Of a stretch of DNA of 64,000 bases, positions 62,438 to 64,000 are shown one piece after another; position 1 is the first letter of the stretch; every line of letters begins with the position of its first letter. The notes beneath the pieces were generated by a model. That model did not search any database. It had not been told where the DNA came from and was given only the letters and a program-made list of their open reading frames with translations. Source of the stretch: an uncultured Actinomycetes bacterium. Lineage in GTDB: Bacteria > Actinomycetota > UBA4738 > HRBIN12. The stretch is from contig CAWGFM010000005.1 of the NCBI GenBank assembly GCA_963821935.1, forward strand, positions 325,222-389,221. Reading direction: 5' to 3'. The translations under genes and the position numbers were made by a program.

Positions 62438-63466
62438 CTACGTGATCGCGACCTTGACGACCGCAACGCCCAAGATCCACACCAACGAGAACGGGATCAG
62501 CACGAGCCATGCGAACCGTTGCAGTTGATCCTCGCGAAGGCGTGGATACGTGGCGCGCAGCCAGATGACCACGAACGACAGCACGCCGATCTTGGCGAAC
62601 ATCCACATCGGCTCGGGGATCGGGATGCCCGGCAGCCCCTGATACCCGCCGAGGAACAGGACCGCCGCCACACCCGAGAGCGCCACGATGCCCCCGTACT
62701 CGGCCAGCAGGAAGAACGCGAACTTCAGTCCCGTGTACTCGGTGTAGGCGCCGAAGATGATCTCGGAATCGGCGATGGGCATGTCGAACGGCGGCCGCGT
62801 GAGCTCGGCGAGCACCGCGATCATGAAGATGATGAACAAGGGGAACAGCGGGATCACGTTCCACATGTCCTGCTGGCCCTCCACGATGCCGATCATCGAC
62901 GTGGCGCCAGTGACCATGACCACCGCGGCCGCCGACAGCACCAGCGGCAGCTCGTAAGCGATCAGTTGCGCCGCGGCTCGGAGCGCGCCGATCAACGAGA
63001 ACTTGTTGGCGCTGGACCACCCCGCCATGAGTACCCCGATCACCGACACGCTCGACATCGCCATGATGAAGAACACGCCCACGTCCAGGCTGATCGCGAA
63101 CGCGCTCGCGCTGAACGGCAGCACCACCAAGATCGCGATGTACGGGATCATCGCCACCGCCGGCGCCAGCGAGAACACCGTGTTGTCGGCGGCGGCTGGC
63201 ACGATGTCTTCCTTCTGGATGAACTTCACGCCGTCGGCCACCAGCTGGGCCCAGCCGTGGAAGGCCCCGGCCTCCATGGGACCGACGCGCGCCTGCATGT
63301 GGGCGAGCACCTTGTGCTCCATGTAGCCCACCGCCAGCGGCACCACCAAGAAGAAGACCAGGACGGCGGCCGCCTTGAGGATCAGCACGACCCAGAAGTT
63401 GTTGGAGATGTCGTTGAAGATCGACGTGGGCACCGCCTGCGCAGCCTGAGCGAGAGCGGCGATCAC
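62438..63466 (-). CDS. nuoH: NADH-quinone oxidoreductase subunit H
   Basis: 342 aa, containing MEHKVLAHMQARVGPMEAG and PFDMPIADSEIIFGAYTEYTGLKFAFF. GTG start overlaps the nuoC stop (GTGA). Confidence 0.92.
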   Translation of the reverse strand: MIAALAQAAQAVPTSIFNDISNNFWVVLILKAAAVLVFFLVVPLAVGYMEHKVLAHMQARVGPMEAGAFHGWAQLVADGVKFIQKEDIVPAAADNTVFSLAPAVAMIPYIAILVVLPFSASAFAISLDVGVFFIMAMSSVSVIGVLMAGWSSANKFSLIGALRAAAQLIAYELPLVLSAAAVVMVTGATSMIGIVEGQQDMWNVIPLFPLFIIFMIAVLAELTRPPFDMPIADSEIIFGAYTEYTGLKFAFFLLAEYGGIVALSGVAAVLFLGGYQGLPGIPIPEPMWMFAKIGVLSFVVIWLRATYPRLREDQLQRFAWLVLIPFSLVWILGVAVVKVAIT

Positions 63467-63978
63467 TCGGCGTCTTCCTCGCCTTCGGAATCGCCCGGCC
63501 AGGGTTTGGCCTCGCGGGTCATGAGCGGGAAGTCCTTGCGCAGCGGATGGCCCTCGAACGGCTCGGAGAGCAGCAGCTTGACGGGTTGCGGATGGTCCTG
63601 GAACCGGATGCCAAACATCTCGATCGCCTCGCGCTCATGCCAGTCGCACGTGGGCCACAGGTCCGAGATGGTGGGCAGCACCGCGTCGTCGTGGGGCACC
63701 CGGACCTTCACCCGGACGTTGTGGTGGAACTCGGTGGAGAACAGGTGGGTGATGACCTCGAACCCGTCCTGTTCACCGAAGTCGACCCCGGCGACGAAGT
63801 CGCAGTAATCGCAGGCGAACTCGGGTTCGTCGCGCAGGAACCGACACACGTCGTGGTAGCGCTCACGCGTCACCGTGGCCACGGCGTGTCCGTCCTGTTC
63901 GGTGAGCTCGGTCACGTCGTCGCCGAACCGAGCTCGCAGCCGCGACCCGGCATCATCAGGAGACAACGGGCTCGGCAC
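63463..63978 (-). CDS. nuoC: NADH-quinone oxidoreductase subunit C (30-kDa subunit)
   Basis: 171 aa, containing HLFSTEFHHNVRVKVRVP...ISDLWPTCDWHEREAIEMFGIRFQDHP. GTG start with AGGAGG 6 nt upstream. Confidence 0.88.
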   Translation of the reverse strand: MPSPLSPDDAGSRLRARFGDDVTELTEQDGHAVATVTRERYHDVCRFLRDEPEFACDYCDFVAGVDFGEQDGFEVITHLFSTEFHHNVRVKVRVPHDDAVLPTISDLWPTCDWHEREAIEMFGIRFQDHPQPVKLLLSEPFEGHPLRKDFPLMTREAKPWPGDSEGEEDAE

Positions 63979-64000
63979 CCACGGCCTCCTGGTTGAACTT

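Overview
High-GC (about 70%) actinobacterial-type chromosome segment; the gene order resembles Actinomycetota (thrT-metT-rpmG-MaoC pair-trpT-secE-nusG). Three parts. (1) nt 1-29113: a translation/transcription supercluster, all on the minus strand. In transcription order: tRNA-Thr, tRNA-Met, tuf, rpmG, hadAB-like, tRNA-Trp, secE, nusG, rplK, rplA, rplJ, rplL, rpoB, rpoC, rpsL, rpsG, fusA. It is interrupted by several inserted genes: two large polytopic membrane proteins, a DUF4012-like protein, regulators and a long helical protein. (2) nt 29100-51600: an accessory region. It holds an AAA/wHTH ATPase divergent from a DUF1353 - heme peroxidase - SagB-like operon, a SulP-STAS-cNMP transporter, and two YcaQ/AlkZ-like glycosylase paralogs around a DUF2975/HTH pair with a perfect 31-nt palindrome. 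It also holds small enzymes, a secreted BNR protein and a tRNA-Tyr-anchored segment of about 7.8 kb. That segment is bounded by degenerate direct repeats that include the tRNA 3' end. Its main cargo is a 1390-aa cyclase-STAND-TM-WD40 protein plus a nuclease-fold gene that may be frameshifted. (3) nt 51600-64000: yajQ, an aminotransferase/decarboxylase pair, htpX, and a nuo operon in which nuoC is translationally coupled directly to nuoH (no nuoD/E/F/G between them). The ORF track omits edge-truncated ORFs and ORFs under 60 aa, so fusA and rpmG were found by manual translation. Many long track ORFs are antisense or off-frame shadows typical of high GC. No rRNA, CRISPR array, integrase or transposase was recognised.
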